Of a DNA stretch of 64,000 nucleotides, positions 41,155-52,600 are shown one piece after another (the first letter of the stretch is position 1; every line of letters starts with the position of its first letter). Source of the stretch: Ophelia neglecta (taxonomy: Eukaryota); assembly GCA_965285935.1 (NCBI GenBank), contig OZ260666.1, positions 45,756,001 through 45,820,000 of the forward strand, in the 5' to 3' direction. The notes beneath the pieces are model-generated. The model ran no database searches, was not told where the DNA came from, and worked only from the letters and a program-made list of their open reading frames with translations. The position numbers and the translations under genes were made by a program.

Positions 41155-41215
<61 letters not shown>
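41142..41215. repeat. Compound microsatellite: alternating (GC)n joined to (GA)29
   Basis: gcgcgcgcgcgcgtgcg at 41142-41158 runs directly into a GA repeat at 41158-41215. Confidence 0.95.
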
Positions 41216-41217
<2 letters not shown>

Positions 41218-43515
41218 TCCAATTTATAAATATGTCCCTTCATAGCTGCATCTACTGACCCAAAAGCTCAATGAAAATCAACACTCACAAACAAGAAATA
41301 TAATTGGGGCAAAACACAGGAAAATGTTAAAAGAATGTTTATGTAGTATAAAAGCCATTGTTACCCAATCATGATGAATGTCATTTGGTATGACAAGGCG
41401 CAGCTCGAGCGCTTACACAGACGACAGGAGGCTCAATCCGTTTTCAGCTAGTCCAACACGTGTCAATCTCTTATTTCGGCCCAGACACGGTACCGAGAAC
41501 CATTCACATCACAGACACTCAGTATGTAGCCTATACGTTAATACACAAACAAGCCAATAACTGGCTTCAGAATATCGATTATTCGCAATCTTTCTGGTAA
41601 GACATTGGCCATCAATTGAAGCTCACTCTGGGCCGAGAGTTACAGTACAGCCGAAAAGTATGAGCCAGCGATCCGGGAGTAGCATGGTGATACGGGAGGT
41701 GTGCCCGTCACAGGGCCAGTAACATACATATAACTCAATGAAACTCCAGCATTAAAAGGCCATAAAACATTTCAAACCAGTGATACCAAGGAGCAGACGA
41801 TATTCGAGATGAAATTCCTTTGGCTCGAATTCTAGAAATTCAAGGTGTTTGATGCCTTAGTTTGATTCATGGTGTCAGTTCTATATATAAGTACTCATTT
41901 CCTTGGACACTGTCTGCCTTTCCTGTGTATATCAATAGATAAACTGCATGTCAAGAATGCCATTTAGGTGTAGCCACTGAAAGGTCGAGCCGCCCCGCAT
42001 ACATGGTAGTCTCGAACTCACTTCCGTGTTGTCCTGCTACCAGCTCTCTCCGATGAAGAATTCAACGTGTTTCCGTGTTATTATCTTCTTGATTTAGTGC
42101 CTGTACAATAAGTTTTGGGAAACAAGCGGTCAGGTTATGGCTCCCTCCTCGTTTGTCATTGCTCACCTGTTCCCTGTTCTTCACACTGCTCACAGCTCAA
42201 ATGTATTGGTGTGGCTTCGTGCCACGGTCCATTTGCCACCAGGCAAATAAGGAACACTGGACATTCCCCGCTATAATCAAGTGATGTACTGCAGACACCT
42301 ACAGGGGGGGAAGTTTAATCCAGCGGGCACGCGTTTACAAGTCTGGGGCATGGCACACGATGATGGTCGGACATAAATCAGCTGGTATCTCTGGTAGCAG
42401 CGGGCAGTGAGGTGAAGCCAGGTGAGGTCCTGTTGCCAAGTCTCCCCTTTCCCTGCCACAGCTGACAATACAGTCTACCGACTTAATCCTGACCTCTCCT
42501 CTTACGGAACTCCTCAAAAAAAAACAGGGTTGGCTAGCACTCGGCCATGTGTCACAGTGCCTTTTAACATATTTCCGCTTAGTTTACAAGGCCTTGAATG
42601 TTTCCGGGGATTAAAGACAGGCTCCGCGGTGCACGGTGTGGAATACTCCAGCCGGCCCACAGTCTTCATACTCTGACGACTGTAAGTGGTAGAAATTCAA
42701 ATCAACTGTAAACGGTTTGCAGGAGGGGCGCAAAAATCGTACGCATCATCATTTCTCAAATAGATCCATCAGACATTCCAGTTTAATACACTTAGTAGCT
42801 TCATATTTATATATCTGGGCCCTTGGAAAAAGAAATTATGTACGCGAAATTCGACGTATTGAGCCAACTTTAGATTTTGTAGGTTGTGTTGACCCTAGAA
42901 TCGACTAGTCTTTAAAGATGTGCATTACCCCAAGTAGAACAGAAATTGGACAAAATTACTCTATCGATTTAAGCCTTCCCTGATTTGTATTGAAATTATC
43001 AAATCTAAATCGATACGAACAGGGGTACCCTTAAAGAACAGATTACATGAAGATTACACGAATATTACGTGGTCCAATATTTCTTGGATAAACTATCACA
43101 TCATTATCATCCAATGAAGCTATTTTTGAATATATTTGGCACGGAATGTTGGAGATTAGAATTGTAGCGAGAATGCGAACCACATTAGGTGCTAGTAAAT
43201 GGTAGGTATATACTGTATAGTTAAATTTGTGGTTGTGGTTGACTCTTGCGGGATACATGCCCTGGATCGTAAGAGGCAAACGAACAATACCAAGCATCTA
43301 TAGAGCTCATTAGTTAACAATCCTATGAGAGCACCACTTTTATTATTTGGCTAATATATTAATTCTTGTGCTGATCTTCTAATACCCTACAGTAAGAGCT
43401 GTAATTACAAGTTAGGACGACAAGTGGCCTCCTCGAGCAGGTTGTGACCAGATGGCCTGCTCTGACTCGATACGTTTGGTCACTGCTCCCATTGTGAGCT
43501 ACTCTCTTCATTTAG

Positions 43516-43651
43516 ATACATGGACAAGCCCTTTATCCGGTCAACAAGAGTAGGCTTATCGTCCGGACACATGTGTCTAAGTCACAGGACTGTCAAGAGC
43601 AACTATGAGTAGCTGCAAAACAAAGAAGGAATGGCAATTTTTGAAACTGAG
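43516..43651 (+). other. Candidate spliced exon (136 bp), non-coding or carrying a late start codon
   Basis: Acceptor actctcttcatttag| and donor GAG|GTAAGT. All three through-frames contain stops; an ATG at 43631 gives MAIFETE up to the donor. Confidence 0.35.
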
Positions 43652-44513
43652 GTAAGTCTTTTGGCCTAGTCAAGGTACCATGGAGTACCAGGAGGAATGT
43701 TTTGCATGATGCCGGAAGAAAACATAGATGCTAGTAAAAACATTTTAACCTACGAGCTAAGTCGTTTGGATGGTAAAGTACAGTCGGCCCATGTATGCAG
43801 ATGACAAGCCATCATCAAATTCCTTATGATACGTCCGCATCGTCATTTGGGTGGAAAGTGTCCAATCTAAATTTTAAACTGTCACAGCGGAATAACCTTC
43901 ACTTGTTATATGACACAATGACACCTTGTTTATGATGTTCTTAGTAATGAATAGCACAAGATAATTATTCATACACGTGAATAGGTCTTGGACAACAGGC
44001 GAATATGTGAACGTCCAATGCATTTTGCACGAATGAGACATTCATAGGCAACTGGTATGAGATATTTAATGGTATAACAGGTTACAGGAGTTACCCAAGA
44101 AATCTATATCAATTACACATGTAATGTGCTCCCGAACCTTTCTTTTTTACATATATCTGCTCGAAACCTGAAACTACTGCAGGGTGCACTATACAATGCA
44201 CTTACATGTACCTACCGCTAACTGTTGGTACGTCAGTTCTACCTTTTATTATAGTAGCATTAATTTCCATATTGTTAGCGTGTTACTCTCGCTATGCCAA
44301 ATCAAATCATTTTCTTTCATTTTATTTCATAAGCTGCAAAAGGATACACGTCAAGACACTGAAAATGACGAGGCAATCAGAGTCATTGGCAGATCAGTGA
44401 CAAACCAAAAGGAACAAACAAGAAGCGTCAAGTGTGGGCCAAAAGGAGGAGGCAGACACTGATGTAGAATGGAGCGAGAATGACGAGCAGGCACAAGCTG
44501 CCGATAATAAAAG

Positions 44514-44960
44514 TTCCGGGAATAAAAATGAGGGGCGATGGGATCATAAGGAAAGGGAGGAAACTGCAGATTGTAGGGATAGGAACAGTAGTGACGGAAA
44601 TTTGGAAACAAATGGTGATAGTCAACTGGACTGATAACATTTGGAAAGTATAGCCCCGGAGCAAAACTTTTAGGCCAGGCAACACTTTCTGTTTTGGCTC
44701 TTACATACATAACCATCAGTTTTTCATGGAGAGAGGTTGAGGAGGAGAAGGAGTAAGCTGGAAATAGTCACATTCCGAGAATGAAAATGAGGGGCGATGA
44801 AATCAAGAGAAACGGAAGAACACTGCAGATTGTGGGGATTAGAACAATGGGATGGACATTAAGAAACCAACGGTGCTAGCCAACTGCGCTCAGATAATAT
44901 AAAAAGGTTAACCCAAACGCAAAGCTATTAGCCCAGGCAACATCGTCTCGTCTGACTCTA
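44514..44960. repeat. Diverged tandem duplication, period ~259 bp
   Basis: Shared blocks ttccg.gaat.aaaatgaggggcgatg, actgcagattgt.gggat and ccaggcaaca start at ~44514 and ~44773. Confidence 0.85.
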
Positions 44961-45149
44961 TCCTAAAGTACAAAACAGTTTGAAAAAAGATGATATGGCC
45001 AAGTGATATTGTTCCGTACCTTTATTCTATAACCTTCCTTAAATGGATTAAAATCTGTTGTATCTTTATTTGCCTTGCTGTATGTCTTTCATACGTAAGT
45101 GCAAGTCGTGACTTATTTTCGTGGGACGGATTTATTGTAAAAACACGAC

Positions 45150-45800
45150 CAGGTAACTGAATCAGGTTGCGTGACTTTCACGAGAAATCTATGTGAATTG
45201 TACTCGCGGACTACTAACGAGTACCTTGAGGTATTCACTAGTACGCCAGTTTGTGAATTATACGTGCCATTTACATAAATTCACGTGAACTCAAGACCTG
45301 AGAATTCCAAGCCACGTGTTATTTATGTGTAGGAAGCATATCCAAAATCTAAATAAAAACCTTGTAAAATACATACAAATTCACTTTCGTGACATTCAAG
45401 AAAAATCCACACAAAATCAAAAAGGCTCGAGGATAACTAGCCACAATGCATTTTTAATGAATACGTTCTGGTAGATAGTTTATGAGCTATTTACCTGGAA
45501 CAAGTTTCATGAATTCCACGAGAAATATATGTGAATTTTACCAGAATGGTGCTCGCCAAATATTAGCGAGTACCGCGAGATATTCAACAGTACATATGAG
45601 TACGTGGAATATACGGGTCTTTTCCATCAATTTAACGTAAACAGTGCTGACGCGCAATTCACGTGAAACCAAGACCTGTAAATTACATATTTCAAAAACT
45701 CATCACCGAAATTAACATGAAAACCTTGTAAAATTTACGTAACTTCACCTGAGTGACATTCAGAGGAAAATCACATAGAATTCACAAACTCGTAAACTCG
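45150..45800. repeat. Diverged tandem duplication (period ~340-380 bp) rich in CACGTG/ATTCAC motifs, probably transposon-internal
   Basis: Paired blocks: cacgagaaat.tatgtgaatt (45179/45517), aattcacgtgaa..caagacctg (45278/45656) and aaaaccttgtaaaat...gtgacattca (45356/45720). Confidence 0.8.
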
Positions 45801-48800
45801 TGAATAAATCGTCACTAATTTACGTAAAATTACGAGTTCTGCTTACGAGACGTTCACTAGCTAATCACAAGTGAGTACAGGTTAATTGCATATATATTTC
45901 AAGTAAATTTTACGTCATCTTCGACGTGGGAGGCTACTCATCATTCTCTTTTTTTTTCTGGTGGTCATTATAGCAAATAGCACACCAAGGGCCAAAACCG
46001 AGCATATAATCATTGAAATAGTCTTTGATGTGGCTATCGCGATCGATCTAGTGCTTAAGTTACGAACTCTATGTGGCAGCCTGAAAATTGGAGGCTTGCT
46101 CACTGGACACCAATAAAAGTCCACATTATGGCGGCTAAGTGCACGGAAATCACTCCTTCAGATATTCTACTAAAGAAAGTGTTACCTTACCTTGGGAAAA
46201 GATACCAAGTCATTTGGTTAGTTAGACGATTTCTTCCGGCGAACGAACCAAGTTTGTAAAGTAATTCTCGGGTGATTACCGCTGTCTGAGTAACACTTTT
46301 ACATATAAGGTACCTTGCCGAGCGTTTTATAACCTTTGTCTGACAACATGAAGGCCGAGTCCTCGACAGATCAGTAACATTCCTGAAACATGCATGTTTA
46401 TAATTCTACTCCTGACATTCACCAGGTAAGATCACAAGGCATTATTTCTCTTGTATGATGTCGTTTTGGAATGAAGATTTACCCTGGCAGTGTAGTCTTA
46501 TCTTGGCTGGTGTTGATATACCACAAAACTGCCAAAGACAAGCAAAATGGAATCGCTTACAACTGCATGGGAAACCAGAAACTTGATGATTAAACATACT
46601 ATGTGAACGTTGTTAAATTAGCCAGTCCCCAGTTGACAGGCACGTGTAAAACCAAGGCTAAACACGTCGTTCCTTGCCTGGAGTCGTATATAATTTGATC
46701 TGTAAGAATGGTGTGAGATGTTGCCACAACGCAGGAAACTGGTGTGTTTGTATCCGGAATGGAAGGTCCCCTCGTAAAAGAAAGGTCATCGTTGTATACA
46801 TCACCTTGAAGACGAGTTTGTTTAACCTCTTGTATAAAAGCTTCAATTTGGCCCCAGAATGGCGCAAGTCACTGGGTGCATCCTCGGCAAGAACCCTCAC
46901 ATGAACTGATTAACGATCACATTTAATGTGAAAATATTCAACTGTAGTGATAAGAAGGAGTGATGATCGTGTTCCATAAGGTGCAAAACTCTTAAGAAAC
47001 GGATGTAATGTAAAAAAATTCAATACAGGGGTGGTGAACTGAAATGACATGCGAGGGAATTGGCAGATGCCTGACAGATAAGAACAATCCATTGCTGATT
47101 GTTCAAAATCCGGTCGGAAATCCAAAATTTCAGTTTATAAATATAAAACAGAAAGGCAGAACAATTAGATATCGCGATTTAAGTACAATATATTTGGAAA
47201 CTTTTTTGATGGTAATGCATGTTAGTTATGGAGGAATCATGGTACAAGAGTTGGGCTTTTACTTGGTGTTGTGAGGAATGTGACGCTGTTAGGTTGAAAT
47301 TCTAACCATAACTCATTTTTCCTCGGATAAGCTATGTTAATCGAACTGCAGCAGGAAATGGCCGCCCTTGAGTCGGCCAAAGATCACACAGCTAGCAGAC
47401 ACTAGCAGGGCAGCTGGCAACGATCTGAACCACACCATCTCAGTGGCAACGCCAGGCGCAACTTCCGGCTGATCTTTTTAACGTCTGACTTAGTCGCACC
47501 AATTCACCCACTTATTACGCTAAACTGCGGTCCTAACCAATTATTCTCCACCCTAGAGCGCCTGAATGTAGAAGATTCTGAGTGAATATGGCCATCTCCA
47601 TTCAACCGGCTGGTATTCAATTTTGATACCTCTGTTTGTTGCACATACATGTCAATATCTTGTTGTGGATGAGCCGCACATGATATGCTAACACAATGGC
47701 CCTTCTTTCGACAATCGTCCAATCTTCTTTGCCTTCGATATCTTTAAGAGCAGCAATCTTCCATTTTATGCAGGCCACTGTTTCATTAGGCAACCCATAG
47801 AAATGAGATATGAATGTGGCCGCCAATCCGAACGATCGCCTTTAAGAACCAGACGAATTTTGATTGGTAGGAAGGCATATTCTAGAATATCACGGAAGTT
47901 TATCTCATTTTTACATTTAATACTTCATAACTTAATTACGCGCGCCTCTACTTGAGTCACACGGGTTCAGATAAAGAGAATCGTTAAGACATGCCGTCTC
48001 GAATAATCTTTTTTTATATAGGACCAACCGAATGATTGCGGCAGCTACCTACACACATTAATGTGTTTGATTCAAATCTTGCCTCGTTTTAATACCAAAG
48101 TTTACACACGATTTTGCAGCAGTCCCGCAGTTATTTTTATCGAATATTTTACTGGACTAGACAAGTCAATGATGATTTCGTCCTGCCGTTAATTTGTAGA
48201 ACATCCAACGCTAATTGCTCAATAGTCTAATCAGTACTTTGCTAATTCTGTAAGTGTCATTTTTTCAATTATCTTTGGTCATTTATTAGGTTCAGAAAGT
48301 TTCAAACAGATTCATCTGTCCTATAAACTGCCACCATATTGAATCACCACGTGATGTATGACCTTTCAAATAAAAAATCGTGGCAAATAGCAAATCTAAT
48401 TGGCTGGTAAGTTCAGATAAAAGTTGGCCTGTACCCCCAACAAGTTATTTTAATCACTTGCCCAAACAGCAATTCGCTTTTAACAGGAGACATATAAGGC
48501 ATTGCAATATAATTGTGACAAAGTAACAAGTCTTCTTAGATTGACTGCCAAGGGTGCCGTTTCCGCCACCTATAACAACCCTATATTGGTTATTCATTGC
48601 AATTCCTCATCAGTGAGCAAGACATTATTTCAGAATTTTAGATATACTGTCAGATCAAGACTTCGTAGAACCTGCATGAATCATTGGGGTGCCATCCCAA
48701 GCAAGATGAGGCATACTTCCCACTTCGGCAAGCTTATGGCGGATCAACTGTTCATCATGTGCGCTATTTGAAATTAACTATATCAGTAAGAGGTATGTTG

Positions 48801-49019
48801 GCTCATTGGTGCATTAATATGAAACTCGATGGCTAACCGGTGGAAGATCTTGCCGCAGGGCAACACAAACTTATCATTTTGCTTAACAGACCATTAGAAC
48901 ACTTGTTTAAATAATAAGTGTTTATTTTCGAAGCTTTCAACGGGCTGTATACATTCATAAATTGTCAATCGTGTATGTATGTTTATGTATTGGGGCATGA
49001 GACCAGAGGATTAGGCACG

Positions 49020-49635
49020 TTTGTCAAGGGACGTTCCGCAAGGGATATCGTTAGAGCAATGGACGATGTAACTGACTACCGCAGTATAAATAATATCTCA
49101 GGCATTGCAGTAGCAATTGACTTCAAAAAAGCATTTGACAGCATATCCAAAAGTTTTACAGGCAAATTTGTCTTCAAAAGTACAATTTTGGAGAACATTT
49201 CATCAAATGGATAGCTATACTTAAAACATCCATCAGAGCAAAGGTCAGCTATTAATTAAGGATGGTTTACCTATGAATTTGATCTCAAAAAAGAATTCGG
49301 CAAGGGTGCCCCCTATCGCCATAACTTTTTATACTAGTCCTCGAATCACTAGCTAGTAAATATCGATAGAAGTGCGATATACGAGGGATTATGTTGTAAG
49401 CTATAGAGCAGTATCAAAGGGAAGCTCAATTCCCGCAATATGCCGACGATTGCAAATGCTGTCTATCAAAGGAAAAAATCATGGTTAGCTCTGTTAAAAG
49501 AGGCAAAAACTTTCTACAAAATAGCTGGCCTCCTGCTAGATAGATCAAAGTGTGAAGCAAAATGTAAGGGCTGCTGGAAGTTTCAGGATTTAAACTTGTG
49601 ACTTTATTCTGCAGGAACTATTAAGATTCTAGCAT
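49020..49635 (+). mobile_element. Decayed L1/Tx1-clade LINE reverse-transcriptase fragment
   Basis: Motifs in canonical order with stops and frameshifts: FVKGRSARDIVR, IDFKKAFDSI (49116-49145), IRQGCPLSP*LFILVLESLA (from 49295), QYADD (49436-49450), AGLLLDRSKCEA, IKIL. Confidence 0.9.
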
Positions 49636-52600
49636 AACTGTATAAACTGATGTTTACACTGATGTAAAGATGTACTATTTATAAAATTGTTGTAAATTTA
49701 TATGTATGCATTACCGGGTACATCTTGTAAACTGTATATTAAACATATGCCTTACCCGAGAACTGGCAATGAAGAATAATAATCACTTTTGAATTTTGAC
49801 CGAAAAAATATTTTGAAGGGAATTTGTTCCTAAAGGTCCGCAATCAGCCAACTCAATATTCGCTCAAACGCCATCACGTTGCTTCCGTTTTCGCGGTGTA
49901 TATTTTAACCCTCCACCGGGTGGATTACCTAATAGAGTGCGACTGGTAGCTGTTACCAGTTGCCGGAATCCTTTTTATAGGCCCCATGGACTATTTGTTT
50001 CATAGACCAACGTAGGGACACTACAAATAAATATACTAGACGTCTGTCTCGTTCTTTTTTTTTTGTAAACTCCATCAAAAACCATCTACTACATACCACA
50101 TGGACACACCTTACTATCACAGCTGTAAATGGACAATACTTCCTTAAACAACGAAAATAAGTTTTATTTGCCTATGACGTGAACTCGTAAAAGATAGTGT
50201 TGTCTTTTTTATTTTTTCATATTGACACACTTTATGTTCGTCTACCTGTCATTCATGAATGGCAAAAATTTCAAAAATAATGCCTGATTTGATAAAAAAA
50301 AGTTGAGCGTAAGCGATGTCGGAGAGTTTTTCTTTATTTGGAAAAGAACCATGTGACCGAGGGTGGAGATTAACGTGTCTACTTGCTCCTCACCTATTGT
50401 TCGTCTGTCTGTCAGACCACCGGAAGTACGGTCTACCATCTAATCGTCTGCACAATTTATCCAAGAAAAGTGTCATTTTCCATGATTCACAATCATGTGA
50501 AAACACGCTGCAGGCATCAAAAATCGATACCGCCCCATTGGGAGTATCTCGGGCGTTATGGCAAGTCAAGAAACCGCAATCACGTACGGACAAAACAGGG
50601 ACGGGAATTGGGATATAACGGTTCTTTGACAACCACATTTCTGGTGAAATATTCCAATAAAAGAAAACCGAGGTTGCTAGTTCGTTATATGTATTTCGAT
50701 GGCCGTGAGCAAAAGGAAAGACAAAATAATCTAGATCACAGGTCTCTTCAAACTATCCTATATAAGACACAGTAGATGTTGTGAGCAAACGCGTTACCTT
50801 TGTTAATGTTTTCATTAATACGGTAACCTTGTGTGGACTTGGGCCGTCACGCTTTCCTACTAGTTAATGCTGAAAAGCCATGGTGCCTTTTTGAACTGTT
50901 AAACTACATTCGTCCATTGACCCATATGATAAACAGGGAAAAAACAGACGGATGGCAAGTTCATATTATTGCCAATATAGGTGACTGTATAAACCAAAAT
51001 CTAAAATTTCGAATCGTAAACCCGAGAATGTTGCATTGAAGGAAGAAACCAAGAAATCAAGATCTTTATAAAAATGAGAACAAGTTTGGCTTTAATTACT
51101 ATATGGGAACAAAAACAAAATCTTACATCCACTGAAAAACATCAGCCCGCGTATGTTACACCAAATTGTAATGTAACGCCCTAACATCACAATTTCAGAG
51201 CAAATATTCTGCAGGGAATCGTGATCCAATAGATTTACATGTTGGGCCCGGTTTAAGACTACTTCATCTCCACTTATTGTATAAGTGGCATTTATCTCCA
51301 GTAGCGAGCAGATGTGACCAGTTAGAGGCCTGATCCCAAGACACCTGGCAAGCAACCACCGTTATGCTGACCAATAGCTTTGCTGGTATGCAAATCTGGT
51401 GGTATACAAAAGCCGGTCAATACCGGAAGCGCTTGACCTTGATAACGGTATATTGTTTTGTCGGACACTTCAATGAGAAAGATTCCATGTACAAAACAAC
51501 ATCTTCATTACGTGTTCTGCACTGTCTATACGTAAACGAAGGAGTGTTGTTTTGACGCATTGCACCTAGAAACGAACGTACTGCGGACACTGTTCACAGC
51601 AGGATCTTATTTTTTCAAAGCTTTCCTTAGCCCCTTGAAAGTCGTTGGTGTTAAATCTTTAAGCTGGGTAACGCCACATTGGTAACTATTTCTTTAATGA
51701 ATAATTGAAATAAATAGAATGGCATTCTTCGGTTGGTTGATAGCAATCTGTTGTTTGTTTCCCCTCCCCCCTCTCAATTAGCTGAGCGTATTAAGTTGTA
51801 TCAACCAAGACCAAAATCTTGTTAAATATCCAGACAAAGTCACACGAGACGGTTCTTGCTTTGCAACTAGAGGGTAGACTTCCGCTAAAATTACAGCAAA
51901 TAAGCACAGGAGAAATAAATAATCCATGTCAAATCCCATAAGGAGCGGCCAGGCGTGCTTACTGTCCATTAGACTACCGAGGTCGTGTTCCTCAACCCAG
52001 GAAAAACCATTGAGACTGCAATCTAGGCTTCTCAATGAGGGCCAAATTGTTCACTGATAGGCAACTTCAGAGTTACATTTAATTCAATAGACATCAGGGT
52101 TAACATAATTACATTTTTTCTCCATTCTGCAAAATCATACCCCAATCGATATATTTAAATTGACATATAACTTTTGCCTAACGACCAGTGATGCCGAATG
52201 AATTATGGAAATACTGAATGAATGTCCTATAATGATAAAAGTTATCACTTTGATAGCCAACATATGACTTAAACCACGTTTCATATCCCGAATTTGCTAA
52301 TTTGTGAAGCTATTGCCCAACGCCAGTAATGACAATTTTAACCGGTTTGCTTTTGTTTGACACATACTTAGCCATACATTCATGGCTGTTCGTCAATAGG
52401 GAACCGGCAGCATTTCTTGTATAATTTTGTAAGAAGTGATGGCCATTGGACCCCATTTCGCACAATTAAGCCAAATCAACGTGAAATTGGCTCGAGAATT
52501 TTTCGAATTCACAACTCTATCGTTTTCGGCGGACGACTCTTTCCCACTACACCGGTCATTAGCCTCGTTGAGGACACACATTAACACACACCCTATATTC

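Noticed and set aside
32344-44210. TACATGTA palindromes (32344, 33165, 44203)
   Set aside because: Three copies is close to chance expectation for this AT-rich 8-mer, unlike TAGGCCTA.
46485-46534. TGGCAGTGT...ACTGCCA hairpin starting like miR-34
   Set aside because: It diverges from miR-34 after 9 nt and the stem has a large asymmetric bulge unlike a pre-miRNA.
51940-52030. SLNG...EEHDLGSLMDSK, resembling the CR1 motif EKDLGV.IDSKL
   Set aside because: A single short motif with no collinear neighbours. Similarly weak RT-like hints at 46690-46880, 53200-53300 and 62010-62250 were also not called.
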